DNA of 64,000 nucleotides, from positions 223,074 through 287,073 of the forward strand of contig JBBIRK010000004.1 of NCBI GenBank assembly GCA_037441845.1, given 5' to 3'. A program made the position numbers and the translations under genes. Position 1 is the first letter of the stretch; each line of letters opens with the position of its first letter. Origin of the DNA: Candidatus Zixiibacteriota bacterium. GTDB lineage: Bacteria > Zixibacteria > MSB-5A5 > UBA10806 > 4484-95. This document shows positions 38,567 to 49,618 of the stretch, in pieces. The notes beneath the pieces were generated by a model that saw nothing but the letters and a program-made list of their open reading frames with translations, ran no database searches and was not told the origin of the DNA.

Positions 38567-39421
38567 TTGCCTTCATTAAGAGATATCCGAAGACGTCTGC
38601 GTTCGGTCGAATCCACCAAGCAGATAACCAAAGCGATGGAATTGGTGGCGGCTGCCAAGCTAAGGCGGGCGCAGGTACGGGTCGAATCGGCCCGGCCCTA
38701 TGGATTGAAAATGCAGCAGATGCTCGAATCGCTGGCCGGAGCGGCGGCTAATTTGCACCACCCGTTGTTCGAAGAGCGGCCGGTGAAGACTTCGCTATTA
38801 GTGATCGTAACCGCCGACCGGGGTCTGTGTGGTTCATACAACTCGAATATTCTGAGGGCGGGATTCAAATACGCCAAAGACGCCTCTGCGGAGTCGATAC
38901 GGCTCGGACTCATAGGGAAAAAAGCGGTCGACTTTTTCAAGAAACAACCGTTCCCGGTGGCGTTCAAGATTCCGCGGACCGACGGCAAGGCCGATCTGGC
39001 CATGGTGCGGCGCTTGGCCGCCGAAATAACCGGCATGTACGAACGGGGGGATGTCGATGAAGTCAAACTGCTGTACACGAAATTCGTTTCTATAAGCAGC
39101 AATAAGCTGACGCTCGAAAGATTCCTGCCGATAGAAAGTCCGGGCGATAAAGACGGCGCTCCGTCGAGCTATATTTTCGAACCTGACGCCGCCCGCATTT
39201 TTTCGAATCTCGTTCCACGTTACTGCCTGACTAAGATACTGATGGCCTTGCTTGAATCTTTCGCCTCCGAATTCGCGGCACGAATGATGGCGATGGGAAA
39301 CGCTAACAAGAACGCCAAGGAAATGATCGATAATTTGACGCTTCTGCGGAATAAGGCGCGCCAGAGTTCGATTACCAAGGAATTGCTGGATATTGTCGGC
39401 GGCGCGGAGGCACTGAAATAG
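38567..39421 (+). CDS. atpG: ATP synthase F1 subunit gamma
   Basis: ITKAMELVAAAK, DRGLCGSYN, ARMMAM, NKARQSSITKEL. Confidence 0.98.
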   Translation: MPSLRDIRRRLRSVESTKQITKAMELVAAAKLRRAQVRVESARPYGLKMQQMLESLAGAAANLHHPLFEERPVKTSLLVIVTADRGLCGSYNSNILRAGFKYAKDASAESIRLGLIGKKAVDFFKKQPFPVAFKIPRTDGKADLAMVRRLAAEITGMYERGDVDEVKLLYTKFVSISSNKLTLERFLPIESPGDKDGAPSSYIFEPDAARIFSNLVPRYCLTKILMALLESFASEFAARMMAMGNANKNAKEMIDNLTLLRNKARQSSITKELLDIVGGAEALK

Positions 39422-40867
<1,446 letters not shown>

Positions 40868-40868
40868 C

Positions 40869-41273
40869 ATGTTTAAGTGCGCTGCGGTGACGCCGGAAAA
40901 AATTATTTTCGAAAAAGACGTCAAGTCGGTGATAGCGCCGGGGTTTCTGGGCTATTTGGGAATCCTTACCGATCATGCGCCCTTGATAACTCCACTCGTT
41001 CCAGGCAAACTCGAATTGAAAGATGCGACTGGTGGGGAATACGTTTTTTTCATTTCGGGAGGCTTTCTTGAGGTATCAGGCAATATATGCACGATTCTTG
41101 CTGATGCAATAGAGAAACCATCGGATATTGATATCGCCAGAGCCCAGGCCGCTGAAAAAAGGGCGAGAGAAAGACTGAAAAATAGAAATTCGCCTGATCT
41201 GGATGTCGAAAGGGCAGAGGCGGCGCTTCAACGGGCTCTATGGAGGCAGAAACTTTCTTCCGCAAGAACATAG
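40869..41273 (+). CDS. atpC: ATP synthase F1 subunit epsilon
   Basis: VTPE, GYLGILTDHAP, SGGFLEV, ILAD, C-terminal helical hairpin. Confidence 0.96.
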   Translation: MFKCAAVTPEKIIFEKDVKSVIAPGFLGYLGILTDHAPLITPLVPGKLELKDATGGEYVFFISGGFLEVSGNICTILADAIEKPSDIDIARAQAAEKRARERLKNRNSPDLDVERAEAALQRALWRQKLSSART

Positions 41274-41404
41274 CCTTCCAACGATTACATTTTTCATTGA
41301 CTCAACATTGATTTCTGTTTACACGAATAGGCAAAAATGGGTCGATTTTATCCAATAATATACCTTTTTGTCCTTTATATTGTGAAAATTTTCTCATAAA
41401 AACA

Positions 41405-41433
41405 TTGACAATATGAGGCCGTCTTAATAAATT
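41405..41433 (+). promoter_or_regulatory. sigma70-type promoter with no downstream ORF
   Basis: TTGACA-N17-TAAATT; a TGTGA-N6-TCTCA site lies just upstream (41381-41396). Confidence 0.7.
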
Positions 41434-41438
41434 CAAAG

Positions 41439-41561
41439 TGTAGGCGGAAACGATACTGCTTAACGGCGGTATTGGCGGGTGAATGGGGCTTGAGGATAGT
41501 TTGAGGTGGTGTGGTGATGTGGTTCCTTAAGGCGGGTCACTATTGGCCCGCCTTTTTATTT
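41439..41561 (+). ncRNA. candidate small RNA (~120 nt, G/U-rich)
   Basis: Bounded by a near-consensus promoter and a strong terminator; 5' hairpin GATACTGC/GCGGTATT; no convincing ORF. Confidence 0.55.
41529..41561 (+). terminator. rho-independent terminator
   Basis: AAGGCGGGTCA-CTAT-TGGCCCGCCTT followed by TTTATTT. Confidence 0.88.
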
Positions 41562-41633
41562 GCATCCGATTCCCCTTTTGCCGAATAGCATATCATTATA
41601 TCAAGTTTATTATAGATTATAAAAGAAAAAGAA

Positions 41634-41719
41634 TGCCGGAGGTCGGAATCGAACCGACACGGGGTTTAAGCCCCACTGGATTTTGAGTCCAGCGCGTCTG
41701 CCAGTTTCACCACTCCGGC
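41634..41719 (-). tRNA. tRNA-Leu(CAA)
   Basis: Reverse complement GCCGGAGTGGTGAAACTGGCAGACGCG-CTGGACTCAAAATCCAG-long variable arm-GTCGGTTCGATTCCGAC-CTCCGGCA; no CCA. Confidence 0.95.
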
Positions 41720-41852
41720 GATTTGGTACTACTTTTCGACGGCTTCGAGTATTCCGCCGTTGCAGCCGATTCGATAATTTATTATCCTGAATCCAGTAGT
41801 CAAGAAATTAGTGCCACACTTTTAGAAAAGATCCACATTTTTGGTAGTTAAT

Positions 41853-43352
41853 CTAAGCCGGCTCTTTCTCCCGCGCAAAGGTTGATTCTTGCGAGATCGA
41901 TTCTTGCTGCGAAAATGATTTGAAGCTCAAAGCCGCGCTTATCAACTCCGATGAAACGGCGCCGGATTTAAGCAGAATCAGAGGAATTACCAGCAACATG
42001 GCGCCAGCCAGAAAATAATTCGCGACACCTCCAAATTTAATCAGAATTCCGCCGAACATTAGGGCAAGCGTATTGACCATCAGTAGCGTCAGGATCGCTC
42101 TCATATCGAATTCAATATATTTCCAGGATCGCGATATGAAAAACATGGCGCCGGCCATCGTCGCATATGTAATCACGGTCGCCCAAGCCGTGCCCACAAA
42201 ACCATATTCCGGAGTAAGAAGCGAATTGGCCAAGACATTCGAAAACAACGCTCCAATGACCGCTGGCAGTAGTTTGAAAGTTTTTTTCTCGATTAAGGCG
42301 CCGGTGGCGAAAATATAAAATAGACCGTAAGCGACCATCCCCAAGGCAAGGGGAAAGATGACTTCGGCCGCATCGAAAAATGCGGGTGTGGCCACCAGCT
42401 TAATAAGCAATTCTCCGAATACCCCAAGAAATACAGCCAGCCACAAAACGACGGCGAAGAATATCGAGAATATCTTGCCGGTTATTTCGCGAAAATTCGG
42501 TAATCTCATATTATTAAAAGCGTATTGGGGCCATGCGAGCTGGAAGGCTATATTCGTTAAGATCAGCACTACCACAAATTTGCTCCCCATCGCGAACAAG
42601 CCGACCTGTTGCATGCCGGCCGATTTCAAAAGAAACAGGCGGTTCAAGCTGTTTATTCCCCAGATCGCCATTCCAGCGGGAATCATGGGGATAGAAAAGG
42701 CCATCACCGATCTTAGCAGCGGCCAGTCGAAATTCAACCGCCAGTCCAATCGGCTGAACCTGAATGAATAAATCAAAGCCACAAATTCTGAGACGAGTTT
42801 CGCCAGCAAGATGCCTTCTACAGCAAGGCCGAAACCGATCATGAAAGTCAATACACTCAGAATATATACGATGATCTGGATTGCCGAAATAACTGCATAT
42901 TTCATTGGTTTGTCTTGAATCCGCAGCAAATTTAATGGGATCGTTTTGATCGAATCCAGAACGACGAACATCGCCGCCAATTTCAATAAATAGCCGAGAT
43001 TCGAATCATTGAACAGCCAGAACGAAATCCTTTCGGAAAATATCGATACGATCGCCAGGATCATCAGACTTGAACCCATGCACCAAAAGACGGCCGATTC
43101 GACCAATCTATTTTTTCGTTCCGGTGTATCTTGTTCGAAATAGTATCTGAACAAGCCGTTCGGCAATTCCAGTACGGCGGCTGTCGAAGCGATAGTAACG
43201 AATACGAGCAGCAAATCGAGCACACCGAATTGTTCGGGGGATAGGACTCGGCAATAGACCGGCAACAACAGAAACTCCAGTGATGAACGGATTCCGCCTA
43301 TTAAGCCGTATATAATGGTTCCTTTTGCCAATGAGCGAAATTGTCTGTGCAT
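41853..43352 (-). CDS. wzx: polysaccharide flippase (Wzx/MOP family)
   Basis: GTIIYG...LLLPVYCRVLSPEQFG; about 12-14 TMs; FSIPMIP; adjacent to a glycosyltransferase cluster. Confidence 0.85.
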   Translation of the reverse strand: MHRQFRSLAKGTIIYGLIGGIRSSLEFLLLPVYCRVLSPEQFGVLDLLLVFVTIASTAAVLELPNGLFRYYFEQDTPERKNRLVESAVFWCMGSSLMILAIVSIFSERISFWLFNDSNLGYLLKLAAMFVVLDSIKTIPLNLLRIQDKPMKYAVISAIQIIVYILSVLTFMIGFGLAVEGILLAKLVSEFVALIYSFRFSRLDWRLNFDWPLLRSVMAFSIPMIPAGMAIWGINSLNRLFLLKSAGMQQVGLFAMGSKFVVVLILTNIAFQLAWPQYAFNNMRLPNFREITGKIFSIFFAVVLWLAVFLGVFGELLIKLVATPAFFDAAEVIFPLALGMVAYGLFYIFATGALIEKKTFKLLPAVIGALFSNVLANSLLTPEYGFVGTAWATVITYATMAGAMFFISRSWKYIEFDMRAILTLLMVNTLALMFGGILIKFGGVANYFLAGAMLLVIPLILLKSGAVSSELISAALSFKSFSQQESISQESTFAREKEPA

Positions 43353-43666
43353 GGTCGCTTAACGAAATCGGCGTTTCAGGCCGTCGCCGATTATGCGCCT
43401 CCAAATTGCGGGTCAGTATTCATATTTCGCAGCACCCATCCGGCGAAAATGGCATTATCGTCGGCGGCTGGCTTTTCTTAAGACTATCGGATGGAATTTC
43501 CATTTGATGATGTCGCTTGTCAGCCTGGCTGTGATGCACGGAGTCGGGAATCGGCAATCGAATTTATAGTTTTCCCATTTATTTTCGGAAAACCTTTTCT
43601 TGTTATCAAAATTATCGTTTTGCCGATTATAGAACACGATGTTGCTATTGAATGGAGGTCGGTAGT

Positions 43667-44752
43667 TTGAACCGAGGAATTTTCGATCCCGAACAAATAT
43701 CTGACGCTAAACCTACTCATACTCTCAAGACGGCCGTTGCAATCTTGGTTTTAAGATGGCGGTTGGTACTGATATGGGGGTTGTGTGGTTTTGCCGCCGC
43801 TGCTTTACTGTCTTTTTTGGTGCCCAACAAATACACCGCAACGACATCGATTCTTCCGCTTACCGACAGTCAACAAAACGGTGGGCTTATGAAACTTGCC
43901 GAGGGAATTTCCGGATTGGATTTTATCACTTTGCCGGAGAAATCGCCAACCGCTTTGTTTCCGGAAATCATGACAAGCGATTCAGTGATGTCAGAGGTGC
44001 TATCGACCCGATATCCAATAAGGCGCGGTAATAAAGTTATAAACCAGACATTATTCGAGTATTTTAGGCAAAATAATCGGGACGCAGCCCTTCGTGCGTT
44101 ATCCAAAATTTTAAGTTTCGATTCCAACAAAAAAACCGGAGTTATAAAGGTCAGGGCTACAACAACCGATCCGGAACTTTCGGCCGCGATTTGCAATAGA
44201 TTAGTCGATCGGCTCGATAATTTCAATAAAACCCGCCGCAAGACGAGCGCCACCCAAAATCGCGAATTCATCGAAAAGAGAATTGATCAGCTTAAGACGG
44301 AACTGACCGCGGCGGAGGATAATCTCAAAGAATTCAGACAGCATAACCTGAATTACTATCGAGCCGTAGATCCCGAACTCATCCTTCTTGAAAGCAGGTT
44401 GGCCAGGGAAGTCGAATTGAAGTCACAGCTTTATCTCACCCTTGCTCAACAATATGAGCTGGCCGCGATTCAAGAGAAAAAGGAATCTCCGATCGTCCAA
44501 GTGCTCGACATCGCCAGGCCGCCGACAATAAAGAGTTCGCCGGCGAGATTAAAAATCGCATTTACGGGATTCGTGTTGGGGGCTTTGATGCCGATTATTC
44601 TTCTGACTTTCGGCAAAAACATCCCCAAAAACCTGAGAATCCTGCGACTTAAGAAAACCACACCCTCTGCCAACGAAACGAGGGTGGATGATCGGTTTGA
44701 GATAATTACGGATTCGGTGAATCGGGTGATTCACACCGAACATGGAGGTTAG
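43667..44752 (+). CDS. Wzz-like polysaccharide chain-length determinant / co-polymerase (GNVR type)
   Basis: TM, PNKYTATTSILP, coiled coil, VQVLDIARPPTIKSSP, TM; GGAGG SD before TTG 43667. Confidence 0.85.
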   Translation: MNRGIFDPEQISDAKPTHTLKTAVAILVLRWRLVLIWGLCGFAAAALLSFLVPNKYTATTSILPLTDSQQNGGLMKLAEGISGLDFITLPEKSPTALFPEIMTSDSVMSEVLSTRYPIRRGNKVINQTLFEYFRQNNRDAALRALSKILSFDSNKKTGVIKVRATTTDPELSAAICNRLVDRLDNFNKTRRKTSATQNREFIEKRIDQLKTELTAAEDNLKEFRQHNLNYYRAVDPELILLESRLAREVELKSQLYLTLAQQYELAAIQEKKESPIVQVLDIARPPTIKSSPARLKIAFTGFVLGALMPIILLTFGKNIPKNLRILRLKKTTPSANETRVDDRFEIITDSVNRVIHTEHGG

Positions 44753-44776
44753 AGCTGCAATCGGGAATTCGACTCT

Positions 44777-46834
44777 ATGTGCGGAATCATCGGTCGTTAT
44801 AATCTTGATGGCGAAAACATCGTATATGGCAACGCCCTTCGTTCCCTCGAAATAATCAGGCATCGCGGGCCCGACGATTGGGGCATGCTATTCGCCAAGT
44901 CCGATACCGGCGCCGTGCGTCATCGGCTTCCGCAAAGAGAAGAAATTATTGTCGATGAAGATATTATTCTCGGACATACGAGACTTTCCATTATCGATCT
45001 TGCGGGCGGACATCAGCCGATGGCGGATAAATCGAATCGATGCCATATCGTATTCAATGGTGAAATTTACAACTACATCGAATTGCGCAATGATCTTGAA
45101 AACAAAGGATATCATTTCCGCACGGCTGGAGATACCGAGGTAATCCTCAACGCCTACCTCGAGTTCGGTACCGACTGCGTTAAACATTTCAATGGTATTT
45201 TCGCATTTTCGATATATGATAGTCGAAGCGGTGCTCTTTTTTGCGCCCGCGATCATCTTGGAGTCAAACCCTTCTATTATTATCATGACCCGAATAAATT
45301 TGTTTTCGCCTCCGAAATAAAATCGATTTTATGTTGGGATGATATCACTGCGGAGCCCGATTATGGAGCGATGTTGGATTATCTCACGTTTTTGTTTTAC
45401 CTTGATGATCGGACTCTGTTCAAGAATATAAAATCATTGCCGCCCGCCTTTTCGATGACCATCGATAAATCCGGAGTAAAATTGCAGCGATATTGGACGC
45501 CTGATTTATGCCCGGATTATTCGTTGAATCGGCAAAAGGCGGCGGAAAAAGTCAGGGAACTGGTAACGGATGCTGTTCGTCTGCAAATGCGCAGCGACGT
45601 GGATATCGGCACTCATCTATCCAGCGGCGTGGATTCTTCAACCATCGCTTCTCTTGTTTCGCGCATGAGCGGAAGCCGCATATATAGTTTCACTGGAAGA
45701 TTCAAAAACGGCGGTGTCTATGACGAGCTGCCGTTAGCGAGAGCATCATCGAAAATTCTGAATACACGGCTTCATGTGGTTACTCCATCGCCGGACGATT
45801 TTAAAAAATATATCCGTAATCTCATTTGGAGCTGCGATTATCCCTCGGTTGGACCAGGAGTGTTCCCTCAATTCATGGTTTCAAAAACGGCCGCATCGAA
45901 ATTGAAAGTCGTGCTCGGCGGGCAGGGGGGAGATGAAGTGTTCCTGGGTTATCCCCGGTATCTGAGAACAATTATCGAGGATCGAATCGTTACCGGGCGA
46001 AAAGACAGGGCGATTGCCGGGACATCGGACATTTCGCTGTTGCGCCACTATTACTTAAACTACGGAGTGGGCGGGTTTGCCGGATGGTTACTGAAACGGA
46101 AAACCTCGCGATTTTCCGAGCGCTATGCTTTGTCCTCGGCGAGGCTATACGGACTTGAAAGCTATTATGCCGGCCATCTGCTGAATGAATATAAAAACTA
46201 TAATCCCATTACCGCCGCCATCGAGTCGATCGATTCGATCGAATCCGATAGCTTGTCTAATATTATGACTTGGTTTGACCTAAAGTATTATCTACCAGCT
46301 CTTCTTCAGATAGAAGATCGCACGAGCATGGCCTGGTCTTTGGAATCGAGAGTGCCGTTGCTCGATTTCAGGATCGTGGAATTTGCGCTGAAAATACCTC
46401 CTGAAATAAAATTTCACGAATTAAAGCTGAAATCGATATTCTTGGCCGCAATGGGCGATATTCTGCCTGAACCTATCAGAAAAAATATAAGAAAAATCGG
46501 TTTCGCAACACCGATCGGGATTTGGTTCGAAAATGAGTTGCGGGATTTCGTTAGTAAAATCCTTTGCCCGGAAAATCTCCGTAAGAGAAACCTCTTGGAT
46601 GAATCAGCGATAAGCGACTTTTTCAAATCGCGGAAAAAATGGCTGACTCTGGGTGTTCCCCGGGATACTCTGCTTTGGTCGCTTCTCAATCTTGAACTTT
46701 GGTATCAGGTTTTCATCGATGGCAGAATCGAAGACAGCAGATTGGAACGCGCCGATTTCGGTATCGGCGACTATTGGGCGACTGATCTCGGACGCCTCGA
46801 CAATATCGCGCATTCAGGTGAACCATGCCGTTGA
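44777..46834 (+). CDS. asnB: asparagine synthase (glutamine-hydrolysing)-like amidotransferase
   Basis: MCGI, HRGPD, LGHTRLSIIDL, FNGEIYNY, LSSGVDSS, GQGGDE, DRTSMAWSLESRVPLLD. Confidence 0.92.
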   Translation: MCGIIGRYNLDGENIVYGNALRSLEIIRHRGPDDWGMLFAKSDTGAVRHRLPQREEIIVDEDIILGHTRLSIIDLAGGHQPMADKSNRCHIVFNGEIYNYIELRNDLENKGYHFRTAGDTEVILNAYLEFGTDCVKHFNGIFAFSIYDSRSGALFCARDHLGVKPFYYYHDPNKFVFASEIKSILCWDDITAEPDYGAMLDYLTFLFYLDDRTLFKNIKSLPPAFSMTIDKSGVKLQRYWTPDLCPDYSLNRQKAAEKVRELVTDAVRLQMRSDVDIGTHLSSGVDSSTIASLVSRMSGSRIYSFTGRFKNGGVYDELPLARASSKILNTRLHVVTPSPDDFKKYIRNLIWSCDYPSVGPGVFPQFMVSKTAASKLKVVLGGQGGDEVFLGYPRYLRTIIEDRIVTGRKDRAIAGTSDISLLRHYYLNYGVGGFAGWLLKRKTSRFSERYALSSARLYGLESYYAGHLLNEYKNYNPITAAIESIDSIESDSLSNIMTWFDLKYYLPALLQIEDRTSMAWSLESRVPLLDFRIVEFALKIPPEIKFHELKLKSIFLAAMGDILPEPIRKNIRKIGFATPIGIWFENELRDFVSKILCPENLRKRNLLDESAISDFFKSRKKWLTLGVPRDTLLWSLLNLELWYQVFIDGRIEDSRLERADFGIGDYWATDLGRLDNIAHSGEPCR

Positions 46835-48174
46835 TTAATTCGACCGATATTTCAACTTTTAAGGTTCCCGAAAAGAATCCCGAACGACTTCGGTTGGCGC
46901 TTTCCCATGAATTCGTGGAGCTTTATCGCGGAGACAAGGATCTCCGGGTTGGAAAATTATTTTGTCGAAAATATGACGCCGAAATCGTTCATTTCGGAAC
47001 CGATATAGCCAGTCCCGCGGATTCCCGTGTATTCAACGATGTTTCATTTTCATCCGCACATGTGGGACAATTGCCGGATTCGTATTATCTGCTCTTAATG
47101 AAAAGCAAACTTATCTATCATCGTCGGGGGAATATCAGTTTAGGCGGTTTTTTTCGTTATACTCCCGGACTTGCTCGCGAAATAATCCGCTGGAAGCCGG
47201 ATCTGATATTGGAAAATCCTTACTTGACTCTGACCCCTCGGTCATACATGTCGGCTCTGGCCGCGTACAGATTGTCTATTCCGCTTGTCTATCTGGATTG
47301 CGGCGATATCATGCCCGCATTGACTTTGAAGCATAAGCTGGTCATGCCGATCGAAAAAACGGTCGCGCGACGGGCGGCGGCGGTAATCACCTATAATGAG
47401 GCCGGCAAGAATCGCTTTATTCAGAAATATGGCATGCCCCCCGAATCGATCCACGTGATCCCGAAACCGGTGGACATCGATCGTTTTAAGTCGAATATCG
47501 ACGGAAGACGAATTAGAGATCGCTACCGCCTTCAGGATAAACTGGTAGTATCGTATTTCGGCAGGCTCGAAACCAATAAAGGAGCGAGATATCTTCTTGA
47601 CGCGGCCGCTATATTGCGCTCCGATCCCTCGGTCCGCAATCTGTCGTTCATGTTCGTTGGCGGCAATCTGGAATCGGACCAAGCACTGGCGTTCAGTAAT
47701 CACCTTCGCGAATTGAATTTGGATAACGTGATCGTCACCGGGATGATCCCCAACCAGGATATGCCTGAATACTATGCCGCCTCAGACATAGCAGTGTATC
47801 CGGATGTAACCAATTTACCTGGATTCTCGACGGTATTAGCGGAAAGCATGGCCTGCGGACTGCCGATTATTATCGGGATAGCAGGTTGGGAATCGGCCGT
47901 ACCGCTTAAAGACATTGAAACGGCGCTGATTATTCCTCCTCGACGGCCAGATTTAATCGCTGATAAGTTGCGTTTGCTGGTACACCGACCAGAATTGCGG
48001 CGATCATTATCTCAAAATGTTTCGGCCTATGCGCAGAACAATATGAGCTACGATCGAGTGGTCGATAAATATTACGAACTGTTTTGCCGGTTACTCAAAC
48101 GGCCTATCGGAAAAGGCACTAAACTGAACGAATATGATAAACATCCTGGACACGAAATACCGATTTGTCGATAA
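46825..48174 (+). CDS. glycosyltransferase family 4
   Basis: PVDIDRF, YFGRLETNKG, YAASDIAVYP, LAESMACGLP. Confidence 0.88.
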   Translation: MPLINSTDISTFKVPEKNPERLRLALSHEFVELYRGDKDLRVGKLFCRKYDAEIVHFGTDIASPADSRVFNDVSFSSAHVGQLPDSYYLLLMKSKLIYHRRGNISLGGFFRYTPGLAREIIRWKPDLILENPYLTLTPRSYMSALAAYRLSIPLVYLDCGDIMPALTLKHKLVMPIEKTVARRAAAVITYNEAGKNRFIQKYGMPPESIHVIPKPVDIDRFKSNIDGRRIRDRYRLQDKLVVSYFGRLETNKGARYLLDAAAILRSDPSVRNLSFMFVGGNLESDQALAFSNHLRELNLDNVIVTGMIPNQDMPEYYAASDIAVYPDVTNLPGFSTVLAESMACGLPIIIGIAGWESAVPLKDIETALIIPPRRPDLIADKLRLLVHRPELRRSLSQNVSAYAQNNMSYDRVVDKYYELFCRLLKRPIGKGTKLNEYDKHPGHEIPICR

Positions 48175-49618
48175 TCCGGCGATTATAGTCGTCATCGCGG
48201 TAATTTTGGGGCTGGGGTTGAATTTTGCTCCTGCAGCACCGGCTGCTATCATCGCGGTTTTGGTGGCAGTGTATTTCTGGAAAAATCAGGAAACGTTCGT
48301 CTTATTTCTTCTTTTATATTTGCCATTCGAGGAACTGGTGCTCAAGGTTGTTCCGGATTCGCTATATGCCCCTGCACGTTATTATTGGGAAGCTTGTCTT
48401 TTCTTTTATATGGTGGGGATTTTTTTCCGCAATACCCGCAAATCCGATTTTTCAAAGCTAAAATTCATCGACTATTCAATTGGAGGATTCATCCTCGTCT
48501 GGATCGTTTCCACGATCATCAATGCCGTATCGCCTTTCGACAGTCTACAAGTGCTGCGGAATTATGTCAGATACGTGCCGATTCTATATCTCGTTTACAC
48601 CTCCAGGAAACGGGATTGGCTTGTTGCGAAGGTGGTGAAACTATTTTTAATCATGTGCACGCTGCAGGCGATCATTTGTATCGGGCAGGCTATCGACGAT
48701 AAACACCTAACTGAGGTGTTTCGGCCGCGCGAAGTTGTCGTAAACGGAAAATTAATCAGGGGAGAGGATGTCCAGACGGGAACGTATTATACGAGATTCA
48801 CCGGCTCGTTCTCGCGCAGCAACGATCTCGGCAATTATTTGTCTTTTGGATTATGTTTAGTCGTCGCTCTCTATACGCAGGGGCGCCGATTCAAGGGCCA
48901 TTTGCTTTCATTCGTATTGATTCTTGCGGCATTGATATTGACGTCATCACGAATATCCTGGCTTGCGGCATACGCCGGTGTCGGCGCAATTCTTATCGGC
49001 ATTCGTCATAGATATCGTTTTGCCTATTTCGCCGTACCCTTGGCATCCATGATCATTCTATTGACAGCCGGACCGATGATCACCTCTGATGATGTGGGTG
49101 AAGATTTCGGTATCTCGAATCGGCTGCTATTCATGTTCACCTCGGATTATTACGAGACTATGCGCGATGCCGGCCGTCTTTATGCTCTGTTTTATGTCGC
49201 ACCTGCTGTTTTTAAATCCAATCCGTTGCTGGGACTGGGACCAAGCACATTCTTGCCCATTTCCACCGAAATGCAAGACAAACGAGTATTCGCCAAAGCC
49301 GGTTCGTTGGGGCTTGACCAAACAGCGGCGGCGTTCGTTCACGACATAGGATATGTGGCCGTTCTTGTGCAAATCGGCTTGCTTGGACTAATCATACTGA
49401 TCTCCTTATTTCTGAGAATAGGTAAGACAGCGAAAGCCTCGATCGCATCCGCAAAATCGCCGTTTCATCGGGCAACCCTCTTGGCGGTAGTCGGGATATT
49501 GACCGCTTTGGCGGTGCAGAATCTGGCGTGCTCCAATCTTATGTATCGCAATCAGGCTCTGGTCTTATGGCTGTTCTGCGGAATCGCATTGAGCTTATCG
49601 GGGAAACAAGATCAATGA
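48134..49618 (+). CDS. O-antigen ligase / Wzy polymerase family protein
   Basis: Multiple TMs; RFTGSFSRSNDLG, LTSSRISW, NPLLGLGP, HDIGYVAVLVQIGLLG. Confidence 0.85.
   Translation: MINILDTKYRFVDNPAIIVVIAVILGLGLNFAPAAPAAIIAVLVAVYFWKNQETFVLFLLLYLPFEELVLKVVPDSLYAPARYYWEACLFFYMVGIFFRNTRKSDFSKLKFIDYSIGGFILVWIVSTIINAVSPFDSLQVLRNYVRYVPILYLVYTSRKRDWLVAKVVKLFLIMCTLQAIICIGQAIDDKHLTEVFRPREVVVNGKLIRGEDVQTGTYYTRFTGSFSRSNDLGNYLSFGLCLVVALYTQGRRFKGHLLSFVLILAALILTSSRISWLAAYAGVGAILIGIRHRYRFAYFAVPLASMIILLTAGPMITSDDVGEDFGISNRLLFMFTSDYYETMRDAGRLYALFYVAPAVFKSNPLLGLGPSTFLPISTEMQDKRVFAKAGSLGLDQTAAAFVHDIGYVAVLVQIGLLGLIILISLFLRIGKTAKASIASAKSPFHRATLLAVVGILTALAVQNLACSNLMYRNQALVLWLFCGIALSLSGKQDQ

Noticed and set aside
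43600..43650. Sigma54 or sigma28 promoter for the glycan operon
   Set aside because: AACACGATGTTGC lacks the -24 GG, and GCCGATTA has no properly spaced TAAA.
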